DNA from: Gemmatimonadales bacterium
Lineage (GTDB): Bacteria; Gemmatimonadota; Gemmatimonadetes; Gemmatimonadales; GWC2-71-9
Reading direction: 5' to 3'
Assembly (NCBI GenBank): GCA_037189525.1
Contig: JBBCJC010000006.1
Location: forward strand, 1-35,902
Length of the DNA stretch: 35,902 nucleotides
Positions 1 to 8,776 of this stretch are shown here, in pieces. The translations under genes and the position numbers were made by a program. Within the stretch, counting starts at the first letter, position 1. Every line of letters starts with the position of its first letter. The notes beneath the pieces are model-generated. The model was not told where the DNA came from. It saw only the letters and a program-made list of their open reading frames with translations, and did not search any database.

Positions 1-80
1 TTTGAAGTGCTCATTCGCTGGCAGTGGGCTAGGCTTCGCTAGCGAAGCCTAGCCCACTGCCAGCGAATGAGCACTTCAAA
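1..80. repeat. Perfect 80-bp palindrome (40-bp arms, no spacer), centre between 40 and 41
   Basis: 1-40 TTTGAAGTGCTCATTCGCTGGCAGTGGGCTAGGCTTCGCT is the exact reverse complement of 41-80 AGCGAAGCCTAGCCCACTGCCAGCGAATGAGCACTTCAAA. The match runs to the first base of the window. Confidence 0.98.
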
Positions 81-1002
81 AGAGGCCAAGGAAGCAGGCG
101 TCCTGGCGACGGCGGCACTCATCGACGCCTTCCAGGCCCGACTAGCGGCCGCCCGCCCCTCCCTGCCTTCCATCCGGTGCCTCCCGCATGCCAAGCTGGT
201 GGGCCTTCTGCTCGAGGCGCGCGGCACCGTCGACTCGACCTTCCTGCGGGAATGTTCCGGCATCCAGCTGATCCAACTGCTAGAAAAAGCGGCGGTCATC
301 CGCCCCCTCCCCCTCCAGCCGGCGCCCTCAAAAAAGCCCGTCAGACTCTATTCGGTCGGCTTCGACCCCGCCGGCGCCACGATCCCGGCCGCGGAGCTGC
401 TGCAGGCGCACGTCCCCGACGGCGTCCTGTGCTACTTCACCGCCATCGAACTGCACGGGCTGAGCACGCAACCGCCGCCGCATTTCCATGTCGCCCTGAA
501 ACGCCCCGTCGATCCAAAGCGCACTGCCCCGAAGACAACGAGCCCTTCCGACAAGCCATTACCGCTGGGCACCCTTGAATTCTCCTCCGAGGGCACCGGT
601 TACTACCTGACGCGGCGCGGCCAGGACAACCTCATTGGCATCCAGCGACGGCAACTCAATCCATATTGCGTTGTGCAGGTGACGACCCTCGAGCAGACGC
701 TGCTCGATTGCCTGCACCGGCCCCATAGCGCGGGCGGTGCCGCGGTGGTGTTCGAGGCTTGGGAACAGGGACTGGCACGCACTTCGCCCGACAAGGTGCT
801 GGCCCTGGCGACGACACTGGGCGATCCCACGCTGCTGCGCAGGACGGGCTACATGATCGAGCGCTTCGCGCCAGGGTCAGGTGCCATCGAAACCGCCAGG
901 CACCTGGTGGGCCAGATGCCACCGCACGCACCCCTGCCGACACTGCTGCCGGGCATCCCGTACCCGCGACCGGACGCGGTCTGGGGCTTACGCACGCCAT
1001 AG
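67..1002 (+). CDS. abiEi: Type IV toxin-antitoxin system AbiEi-family antitoxin / transcriptional regulator
   Basis: 311 aa ORF with AbiEi-like C-terminal motifs (LCYFTAIELHGLSTQPP, VTTLEQTLLDCLHRPHSAGG, LRRTGYMIE), directly upstream of an AbiEii-like gene. No clear SD before ATG 67, so the start is uncertain. Confidence 0.8.
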   Translation: MSTSKEAKEAGVLATAALIDAFQARLAAARPSLPSIRCLPHAKLVGLLLEARGTVDSTFLRECSGIQLIQLLEKAAVIRPLPLQPAPSKKPVRLYSVGFDPAGATIPAAELLQAHVPDGVLCYFTAIELHGLSTQPPPHFHVALKRPVDPKRTAPKTTSPSDKPLPLGTLEFSSEGTGYYLTRRGQDNLIGIQRRQLNPYCVVQVTTLEQTLLDCLHRPHSAGGAAVVFEAWEQGLARTSPDKVLALATTLGDPTLLRRTGYMIERFAPGSGAIETARHLVGQMPPHAPLPTLLPGIPYPRPDAVWGLRTP

Positions 1003-1010
1003 GGAGCCCG

Positions 1011-1913
1011 ATGAACCCCACGCAGCGACAGGCATGGATACGCGACGCCCTCGACATGGCATTCCAGGCACTGGCTGCATGGCCGGGGCTGCAGGACAAG
1101 TTGGTTTACAAAGGCGCGCGCGTGCTGGCCTTGCGGCTGGGCGGGGAGCAACGGGCCTCCTATGACCTGGATGCCAACCTGCTGCTGGCTTTCGCCAAGA
1201 AACATCCTGACCGGGACGTGCAGGCAGAGGTGCTCGGCGACATGTTCAAACAAGCGATCCGGACGCACGCGGAAGCCCAGGATCCGGTGCGGTACGAACT
1301 ACTGGATGTCCGGGTCAGGCACACGCCGCCGGCCGACCATCCAATGGGCTGGAATGCCTTCTCGGTGGTGGTCAGGCTGCGCGACTTCATGCACGAGGGC
1401 GTGCGGGGACTCCCCAGCCTCGCCTTCGATGTCGCCGCACCGGAAGCGCTCGGTGACCATGCCATCGCGCCACTGGGCGTCGGCGGGGAGACCGTGTTCG
1501 CCTACACGCTCGAGCGCATCGCCGGGGAGAAGCTGCGGGCGTTCCTGAGTTCGCTGCCGGCCTACCGGGACAAGGTCGGCAAGCCCGGGGACGCGGTGCG
1601 CGCCAAGGATCTGTACGACGTGGCGAATATCCTGGACAGGCATCCCATCGACGAGGCGGAATTCTGGGGGGATGCAGCCGGGGAGTTCGGCCTGGCCTGC
1701 GCCTCCCGCTTCATCGATTGCACCGGCATCGAGACGTTTGCCGAAGACGTCGACGTCACCCGCGCCACGTACGAAGCAGATGCGACGCTCCCCGGGGACA
1801 TCGGGTTCGACGCGGCGTGGCAGGCGATCGAGGCAATCGTCCGGGCGTGGGAAGCGGCCGGGGTCTTTCCGCTGCATCACCCACTTCCCGCGGGCGGCCC
1901 CGAACCGGCATAA
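1011..1913 (+). CDS. abiEii: AbiEii/AbiGii-family nucleotidyltransferase toxin
   Basis: ATG 1011 preceded by AGGGAG, 8 nt after the abiEi stop; 300 aa. Motifs LVYKGARVL, RASYDLD, EKLRAFL and RAKDLYD match the DUF1814/AbiEii pattern KGG..RxSxDxD..K..RxKDxYD. The track start at 759 is over-extended. Confidence 0.85.
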   Translation: MNPTQRQAWIRDALDMAFQALAAWPGLQDKLVYKGARVLALRLGGEQRASYDLDANLLLAFAKKHPDRDVQAEVLGDMFKQAIRTHAEAQDPVRYELLDVRVRHTPPADHPMGWNAFSVVVRLRDFMHEGVRGLPSLAFDVAAPEALGDHAIAPLGVGGETVFAYTLERIAGEKLRAFLSSLPAYRDKVGKPGDAVRAKDLYDVANILDRHPIDEAEFWGDAAGEFGLACASRFIDCTGIETFAEDVDVTRATYEADATLPGDIGFDAAWQAIEAIVRAWEAAGVFPLHHPLPAGGPEPA

Positions 1914-2186
1914 CGCCAATCACCGGCGCGCATGCCGCCGCCGGAAACCACACCCCTTGTCGACGTGGTGCGCTGCACGGATCGGACAAATCGATGGGCA
2001 AACCCCACCAACGTGTCGACTCTGGAACCACGCGAACCACGCGGGCCCGCATCCCACCGTCGGAAAAACTACCCGAGTATTCGCCAGACCCGGGGCTTCC
2101 CCCTCCAAGGCACATGCCTCAGCGGCCTGACATCCGCTCTGAACCTGCTGGATGGCTGCAAATACGGCGATGCGGTCTTGGTCTTG

Positions 2187-3464
2187 CTATTGATTGGGCT
2201 CCATTCGCTTCGATGCAACGGCACGCCGCACGAGCTCATAGGCCGTCTCCTGGACGGCAGAACGGGCAGTTCGCGTGCCCGAATTCGAGAAGACGGCCAC
2301 CGCAACGTCGTGCCCTGGCACCAGCATGAAGAAGGCCGCCGCACCTGCCTGGGATCCACCATGATGGAAGATCAGCGTCGGATCATCTGCGCCAAGCAAT
2401 CGCTCCGACGTGTCGATGCGCCAGCCAACTGCATAGTTCTCCGGATTGGGTGAACCATTCGACAAAGGCATTGGCGTCCAGAGCAGTTCCTTCCCGGCAT
2501 CGGAAACAAACCCATCGCCAAGCAGCCGTACGCCAAGTTTCACCAGATCAACAGGCGTCGAGACCAATCCGCCCCCGGCAATCTTGTAGCTTGCATCGGT
2601 CGGATAAGCGGGCGTGAAACGGCCCGAGTCCGCACTGTAGAAGGAAACCCGTTGAGGCATCTCCCCGGCACTGTCGACGTCTGAATCCTGCATCCCGGCG
2701 GGCAGGAACAGCTGGCTTTTCAACAAGCCCGGGAAGCCCTGCCCGGTCGCTCCTTCCATCAAACGCGACAGCAACGAGTACCCGAACGTGGAGTACTTGA
2801 AGCTTTCGCCCGGGGCAAACAGCAGTTTGTCGTCCCTGAAAAATGCGAGCCCTTCATCGACGCTGTTGAATGGGCGGTTCGAGTACATCTCCCACCATCC
2901 CAGCCACCAAGTCGGCATGGAGTAATGCCGCACACCTGCGCGATGGGACGCCAGTTGGGCGGCAGTCAATGGAGCAAGATGCGGGGGCATCCCCGGCACG
3001 TAGCTCGATATCGGAGCGTCCATCTCCAGTTGCCCGGCATCTACCAGTCGAACCAGCAGCACGCCTGTCAACGCCTTGGATGTACTGCCAAGACGATAGC
3101 GGGAGCGTAGTGTCGCCGGCGCCCGGTGTTCGATATCGGAGTATCCGACTGCGCCGGCCCATTGCACGATTCCGTCGTATCCGATGGCGGCTGACATTGA
3201 CGGAAGGCCTTCTTCCTCACGTGCATTGCGCAGAATCTCGTCGAATCCCAGCTCGGCAATCGAATCGGACGAAACCATCTGGTCAACGTGGTCGCCATCC
3301 ACGGGAGGCAGGTCTTTGTCGGGATGCATCCATTTGAAGAAAAAGAACAGGTTGGGCCCGGCAAGAACCAGGAGAACCAGGCCCAGCCAGGCCGCAAGAC
3401 GCAGGATCTTCTTGCAACGGGCCCGAGGATGGTTATCCGAACTGCGTTGATCGATTGTGTTCAC
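2187..3464 (-). CDS. Serine hydrolase, beta-lactamase class C/PBP-like family, N-terminal membrane anchor
   Basis: SxxK (GSTSKAL), LASHRAG, PGESFKYST (YxN-like), AGGGLVSTPVDL, HGGS; hydrophobic N-terminal helix. Confidence 0.9.
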   Translation of the reverse strand: MNTIDQRSSDNHPRARCKKILRLAAWLGLVLLVLAGPNLFFFFKWMHPDKDLPPVDGDHVDQMVSSDSIAELGFDEILRNAREEEGLPSMSAAIGYDGIVQWAGAVGYSDIEHRAPATLRSRYRLGSTSKALTGVLLVRLVDAGQLEMDAPISSYVPGMPPHLAPLTAAQLASHRAGVRHYSMPTWWLGWWEMYSNRPFNSVDEGLAFFRDDKLLFAPGESFKYSTFGYSLLSRLMEGATGQGFPGLLKSQLFLPAGMQDSDVDSAGEMPQRVSFYSADSGRFTPAYPTDASYKIAGGGLVSTPVDLVKLGVRLLGDGFVSDAGKELLWTPMPLSNGSPNPENYAVGWRIDTSERLLGADDPTLIFHHGGSQAGAAAFFMLVPGHDVAVAVFSNSGTRTARSAVQETAYELVRRAVASKRMEPNQ

Positions 3465-3926
3465 CGCGGGAATCGCCTCTGGAGACCTTGCCGGAAAGAG
3501 CCTGACGCCTGAATCGCGCCGTGCCGCAGGGCGGCTTCGGCTCGAACGATTTTTTTACGAGGACTCTATCCAATTGCACTCAGGTTGGAAGCCCAGGAGC
3601 CTGACCGGGCTCATTGAAGTGACGAACGGCACGATTGATGGCCGTGAACGCCATTCCGGCCGTTGTCAAAAACCCGCCTTGTACGACCCGCACACGCCGC
3701 ACCTGCAGAGACGCGTTGCTCCCCGCACAGCACAGAGGCTAATGACGCATCTTACAAGTGCCACTGCACTGGGCTGGCGCACGGGAATTCACGTGCCGCA
3801 GCGCCCGGCGCGACTGCGCGGGGGCAGATGACTATCAATGCCACGCCGATCCCTGGAGGCACAGGCGCGTCGATGCCGGTACCAGGACGCGACAAGGTCC
3901 AGTGCCCGATCGGCTTGAGTCAATCG

Positions 3927-4304
3927 TCAGGCAACCCGCCAAGGCGGGTTCTTGCGGTTCTCGCCCGCCCAGAACAGGCACAGCACGTTCCCGGATGGAT
4001 CATTGATGCGTGCCTCCCGCCATAACCAACGTTCATCGGTGGGGATTTTCGAGAAACTGAATCCCGACGCGGCCAGGTCCTGAACCCGACTATCCAGGTC
4101 CGGGCACTCGAAGTACACGACGACACCCGTCTCGCGCAGTGGATGAGCCACCGTATGGAGCGAAAACGTCGAATCCCCGTCCGGGCACTCGAACCGGGCA
4201 TAGCGCGGGGGCGAGTAGACAATGAGGTTAAACCCCATGTCCCGGTAGAACTTGACGGAACGCTCGAGGTCTTCGGTTGGCAAGGTGACTTGATTGAGGT
4301 TCAC
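3927..4304 (-). CDS. VOC/glyoxalase/bleomycin-resistance family protein
   Basis: GTG 4304 preceded by AAAGGA; 125 aa with NLNQVTLPTEDLERSVKFY, VVVYFEC and WLWREARINDPSGNVLCLF. Confidence 0.88.
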   Translation of the reverse strand: MNLNQVTLPTEDLERSVKFYRDMGFNLIVYSPPRYARFECPDGDSTFSLHTVAHPLRETGVVVYFECPDLDSRVQDLAASGFSFSKIPTDERWLWREARINDPSGNVLCLFWAGENRKNPPWRVA

Positions 4305-4503
4305 GGCGGGTGTTCCTTTCAGCCCAGCGATCGTCCTGGGCTGGCATGGGATCAGGGCTGGCGGGTGCTTGTGCGTAAACGAGAGGTTTCCAGATCGGAT
4401 CCATCGGCGGATACATACGAGGCTTGGACAGCGGCCAAGCCGCCAGCACCACATGGCTTGGCCAAGGATGCTGGCGGGCATTATCAAAAACCCCAACCTT
4501 GGC

Positions 4504-7479
4504 TCAGAACTCCTGCCTGTAACTCATGTACCAATACGCTCCGCCCGGCAGGTCATAGGCTGCATCGAAACTGTGTGCAAAGGAATAGCTCAAGATGGGC
4601 GGCTCCTTCCCGAAGACGTTGCGGCCACCAAGCATCACCTGGGCATTCCATGGCGTCTTCATGCTGAGCTGGATGTCGTGGTAGACGACAGACCCAACGT
4701 GCCAGGCGTTTTCGTACGCGAACGGGGTGCCCGTTTGGGGGTTGATCCTGGGATCCTTCACGTAAGCCCAGATCCATCCTGAGCTTTCTTCAAGATCAGA
4801 CATGTATCGCGCGGTGTAATGCAATCCGAAGTCACCCTTGCTCCAGCTTGCATTGAAGCTGGAGCGGTACTCCCAGTTGGGCGTTTCGTTGTAAGCACCT
4901 ACACCATCACTGCCATTGGCTTTGTTGTAATCCGTCCAGGTCGTGTCCCAGTTGAATCCGAAGCGCCCCCATCGTTCCGAGGTGACGTTGTAGTCGAGCG
5001 ACAGGTCGATTCCGGCGGTCTCAAGGCGGTCCAGGTTGAAGTTCGTCTGGTAGACCAGCGTGACCTCGCCAGCCAGGTTTCTTTCAATATAGTTGCAGAG
5101 CTGGGAATCCCCATCAATGATGCATCGGTTGAGCACCGTCTGTGCCGTGTATGACGACAATGCATCGTCCAGCTCGATCTTCCAGTAATCCGCCGAAACG
5201 TTCAGCCCGTCTGCCCAGCTCGGGCTGTAAACGAAACCGAATGAATAGTTCTTGCCAGACTCCGGAACGAGATACGGATTACCGCCAACAAAGGCACGCA
5301 ACTGCTGGTTGGGCTGCACCCAACCCGTTGCCGGGACACCGGCGGCGACGCAGCGAGCACGAGCCTCCGCGCTGATGCCTCCAATGCGGGCGGTCGAACA
5401 TGGATCGAGAGCCTGCGGGAAACTCTCGCCCCGCCCGGCGTAGAGGTCGCTGACGGAAGGCGCACGGAACGTTTCCCCCCAATTGGCACGAACCAGCAGG
5501 TCATTGAATGGCTTCCAGCGGAGGCTGTATTTCATTGTCGTTGGACTACCAGGATCGGATCCGACCCAGGCAGAGCCAACCTGCCCATTGGCGCTGTAGT
5601 CCGACTTGCGGATCGCCGCGCTGAGCTCCAGTTCCCTTGCGCCCGGCACGTCTCGCAGGAAAGGCATCACCACTTCGGCAAAATACTCGGTCACCTCGGT
5701 TTGTCCGAAAGTCGGTTCGCTGAAATTGTCCGAAGACCCCCCGGAGGCAACCAGCGTGTCTGGCTGGTCGAAAAGCTTGTCCTTGCGATGTTCGAAGCCA
5801 ACCGCGATCCCCGCATTTCCGCCTGGCAAGTCGAACAAGTCGCCACTCAATACACCGCCAAACACCGTGGCATCGGTACCGTACTTGGCTACCTGGGTGT
5901 AACTGACATAGTTGATCATGGCATCGTACTCGGCCCTCGAGATCACGCCGGCTGCAAGCCCCAGGTCCGGGCCGCCAAACACGTTGTATGGCACGCATCC
6001 GGCGATCACTGCACCGCCGGCATTCAAGCACTCCAGCGCCCCAGTGGTCGGATTGCGTCGAGATGGGCCCAATGCATTGCGAAGGTTGAACAAATTCACG
6101 TAGCCCGTGCCGCGCTGGCTGAAATTGTTCTCGTTGTACTGCGCGTAGATATCGAAGTCCCAGAATCTTTCGCCAATGGAGAAGTCCCCCTCGATTCCCA
6201 CGGTGGAAGCCAACGTACTGGCATCGTAGTGGGGATTTCGCGGGCCGATCGCCACGGACCGATGGCTGAAGGTGCCGATCTGCGTCCCAAACGGATTGAA
6301 GACGTTGTTCGCGGCAATCGGCATCGCCCATTGGGGGCCGTTGCTACCGGAGAGGTTGACGCTCAATGGGACTTCCGCCAGTTGCTGATCGGAGATCCTT
6401 TGTGTGTATGACACACGAGCGTACGCAGTGGCGTTCTGCGTGATGTCGTATCGACCTGACAGGAAGACATTGCGGCGCTCGGACGGCTGCTGCAGGTAAT
6501 TCACAGGCGCGAAGTTGTAGCGATCTGCATTCGTGAAAGCATTGAAGTCTGCAGCAGACGTACCTGGACGGCCCGGGGTCAATGCTCGGTTTCCAAGACC
6601 CGGCACCATGAAGTTACCGTAGTGGCCCGCGGAGGATCCGCAGTAGCCTCCGAACGCGTACGCCCAGTACTCGTTATCGGTCCCGGCTGCGGCTTGGTCA
6701 GGCGTCATGTCATAGCCCGGCATCAACGCAAGCTCTTCGCAACCCGCGTATGGGCTGCGCGAGATCCATCGGTCGCCCGCCATGATGGCGTCCTGGGTGG
6801 CGCGACTGAGACTCAGCATGACGTTGCTTCGTTCCCCTGTTGCGCCGATAGCAATATCAAAACTGGTCCGCTGACCATCGCCCTGCGCTGTCTGCCCGAA
6901 GTACAAACCAGCTTGCGCACCCTCGTAATTCCTTCGCGTCACGATATTGACAACGCCAGCGACCGCATCGGACCCATAGATCGCAGATGCGCCATCCTTG
7001 AGGACTTCGACACGCTCGATGATGGCCACCGGAATGCTGCTGAGGTCTACCACGCCATCCTGGCCGGTAGCCCAGCGCTTCCCATCGACCAACACCAAGG
7101 TCCTGGTAGACCCCATTCCGCGCAGCGAGATGTTCTGCGATCCATCGCTTCCGTTGGTCTGCGTGGTGGTCGTGCTCAAGCCACTGCCATCAGAGGCCGT
7201 TATGTTGTTGAGTATCTCGGAGACACTTGTCAGGCCTGTTTTTTCGATCTCGGCGCGACTGATCGTTTGGACAGGTTGCGTTGGAGCAGTGTCTGCTGAC
7301 CGACGAATGCGTGACCCCACGACTTCGACCCTATCAAGGTGTTCGACGGCTGTTGTTGTACTTGCCGCCTCCTGTGCCGATGCCGGCATCGCGATGGCCG
7401 CGGCAGACAAGAACCCTGCGGAGATAACTCCATGAATACTTCTGCTGAGAACGGAAATATGCAACACGTGCGCCTCCAT
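4504..7479 (-). CDS. TonB-dependent receptor
   Basis: 991 aa; signal peptide ending ASA-Q; TonB-box-like LDRVEVVGSRIRR; plug motifs SLRGMGSTRTLVLVDGKR and IERVEVLKDGASAIYGSDAVAGVVNIVTR; FRAPSVSDLY; C-terminal Phe (YRQEF). Confidence 0.96.
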   Translation of the reverse strand: MEAHVLHISVLSRSIHGVISAGFLSAAAIAMPASAQEAASTTTAVEHLDRVEVVGSRIRRSADTAPTQPVQTISRAEIEKTGLTSVSEILNNITASDGSGLSTTTTQTNGSDGSQNISLRGMGSTRTLVLVDGKRWATGQDGVVDLSSIPVAIIERVEVLKDGASAIYGSDAVAGVVNIVTRRNYEGAQAGLYFGQTAQGDGQRTSFDIAIGATGERSNVMLSLSRATQDAIMAGDRWISRSPYAGCEELALMPGYDMTPDQAAAGTDNEYWAYAFGGYCGSSAGHYGNFMVPGLGNRALTPGRPGTSAADFNAFTNADRYNFAPVNYLQQPSERRNVFLSGRYDITQNATAYARVSYTQRISDQQLAEVPLSVNLSGSNGPQWAMPIAANNVFNPFGTQIGTFSHRSVAIGPRNPHYDASTLASTVGIEGDFSIGERFWDFDIYAQYNENNFSQRGTGYVNLFNLRNALGPSRRNPTTGALECLNAGGAVIAGCVPYNVFGGPDLGLAAGVISRAEYDAMINYVSYTQVAKYGTDATVFGGVLSGDLFDLPGGNAGIAVGFEHRKDKLFDQPDTLVASGGSSDNFSEPTFGQTEVTEYFAEVVMPFLRDVPGARELELSAAIRKSDYSANGQVGSAWVGSDPGSPTTMKYSLRWKPFNDLLVRANWGETFRAPSVSDLYAGRGESFPQALDPCSTARIGGISAEARARCVAAGVPATGWVQPNQQLRAFVGGNPYLVPESGKNYSFGFVYSPSWADGLNVSADYWKIELDDALSSYTAQTVLNRCIIDGDSQLCNYIERNLAGEVTLVYQTNFNLDRLETAGIDLSLDYNVTSERWGRFGFNWDTTWTDYNKANGSDGVGAYNETPNWEYRSSFNASWSKGDFGLHYTARYMSDLEESSGWIWAYVKDPRINPQTGTPFAYENAWHVGSVVYHDIQLSMKTPWNAQVMLGGRNVFGKEPPILSYSFAHSFDAAYDLPGGAYWYMSYRQEF

Positions 7480-7614
7480 TGGTGCGGATCAATTGATCTG
7501 GAAGCACAAGAATGTGTATATGTCGTTAATCACCGCCATCGCCATGGGTCGAAACGCACTCTTTCGTGTTCGAACATCATGAGCATCTGCATCCGCAGAT
7601 CTGGACAGACATGC

Positions 7615-7639
7615 AAAAAAATGGGGCCATCTGGCCCCA
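7615..7639 (-). terminator. Intrinsic terminator-like hairpin upstream of the TonB-dependent receptor gene
   Basis: Minus strand reads TGGGGCCA-GA-TGGCCCCA followed by TTTTTTT. Confidence 0.65.
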
Positions 7640-8021
7640 ATCGAGAGAGAGTTGTCGGTTCGCGCGAAATTTCCTAGTCGATTATCGTCTTCGACCAACC
7701 ATGCGGAATTTGAGCGTGCCCCGATAGCTGTCAACCTTGATGTGACAAGTTGCGCGAGTGATGCATCCAACAACATCACAACATGCATGGCGCGGCCGTA
7801 GGTCCGTTGGCATTCGACGTGCAATCAACACGACCACCTGGCACCGTCCGCACGGTCAATCGGCCGCGTAGCCACTGACCCTCGATACCCGGGAATAAAC
7901 CACGTGTCGATCTCGACATTCCAAGGCTCTGCCTGCTGATACGGCAAAAACGATCCCGCAATCCTCCGAACAGACATCCGGGGATCACCGCCCGCAGATC
8001 GGTTTCGATCCAAGTGGCCGA

Positions 8022-8768
8022 TCATTCACCTCGAGTCAACTCCCGCCTGGTGACCTTTCTCACCAAGCCTTGAACAACCTTGCTATAGAGCCGACCAGAT
8101 ACCGCGCTCTTTCCGGAGGACAATGTCACGGCATACCTTCCAGAACCAATAGCCAAAACATTCTCAACGGAGGTTGATCGTACCGCCGTCGATCTGTGTA
8201 TTCTCGAGAATGACCCCGGTTCAAGCTCCTGGAGGAAATCAGCCAAGGGTTGGCGACGCGTGTATGTGCCTTTCGGGGTTTCAACATCCAAATAGTTCCC
8301 ATTAACGCGAACCAGCTCAATTTGCTGCTCGTCCACCAGGACAGTGCGTCGACCGACTTGGAACGGCAGTCTCTTGCCTGACGGGTCCGCATGGCGCTTC
8401 GCGATGTGAACCCTGTCTTCGATCCGAGAGATGGTTTCTCTCAGCCGATCCATCGAAACAGGCTTCAGTAAATAGTCAATCGCATTTTCAGCGAATGCCT
8501 GCACTCCGTGGTGATCATATGCTGTAACAAAGACAACCATCGGGGTAGACCCATTCCATCGCCGCAGCGCCGTGAACCCATTGCCCCCCGGAAGCTCGAT
8601 GTCGAGGAACAGTATGTCGAGATGGATATCACCAGAGACCGACAGCAATTCGCTGACGTCAACACATTCGGCGACCACCTTGATTCTTTGCCCGGCGACC
8701 TTTTCGATCAACCTGTGTAACCTTGATCTCGCCAAGGGCTCGTCGTCGACGATTGCTGCGTACAACAT
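8022..8768 (-). CDS. LytTR-family (LytR/AlgR) response regulator
   Basis: Receiver motifs IVDDEPLAR, FLDIELPG, VFVTAYD, AIDYLLKP; LytTR domain GNYL and FSRIHRS. ATG 8768 follows GGAG (alternative GTG 8774). Confidence 0.94.
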   Translation of the reverse strand: MLYAAIVDDEPLARSRLHRLIEKVAGQRIKVVAECVDVSELLSVSGDIHLDILFLDIELPGGNGFTALRRWNGSTPMVVFVTAYDHHGVQAFAENAIDYLLKPVSMDRLRETISRIEDRVHIAKRHADPSGKRLPFQVGRRTVLVDEQQIELVRVNGNYLDVETPKGTYTRRQPLADFLQELEPGSFSRIHRSTAVRSTSVENVLAIGSGRYAVTLSSGKSAVSGRLYSKVVQGLVRKVTRRELTRGE

Positions 8769-8776
8769 ATCCACTC

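Noticed and set aside
39..299. 86-aa minus ORF ending at the palindrome centre
   Set aside because: Antisense to abiEi with no recognisable features.
3465..3926. Short plus-strand ORFs between the serine hydrolase and VOC genes
   Set aside because: No SD, motif or convincing composition; treated as intergenic.
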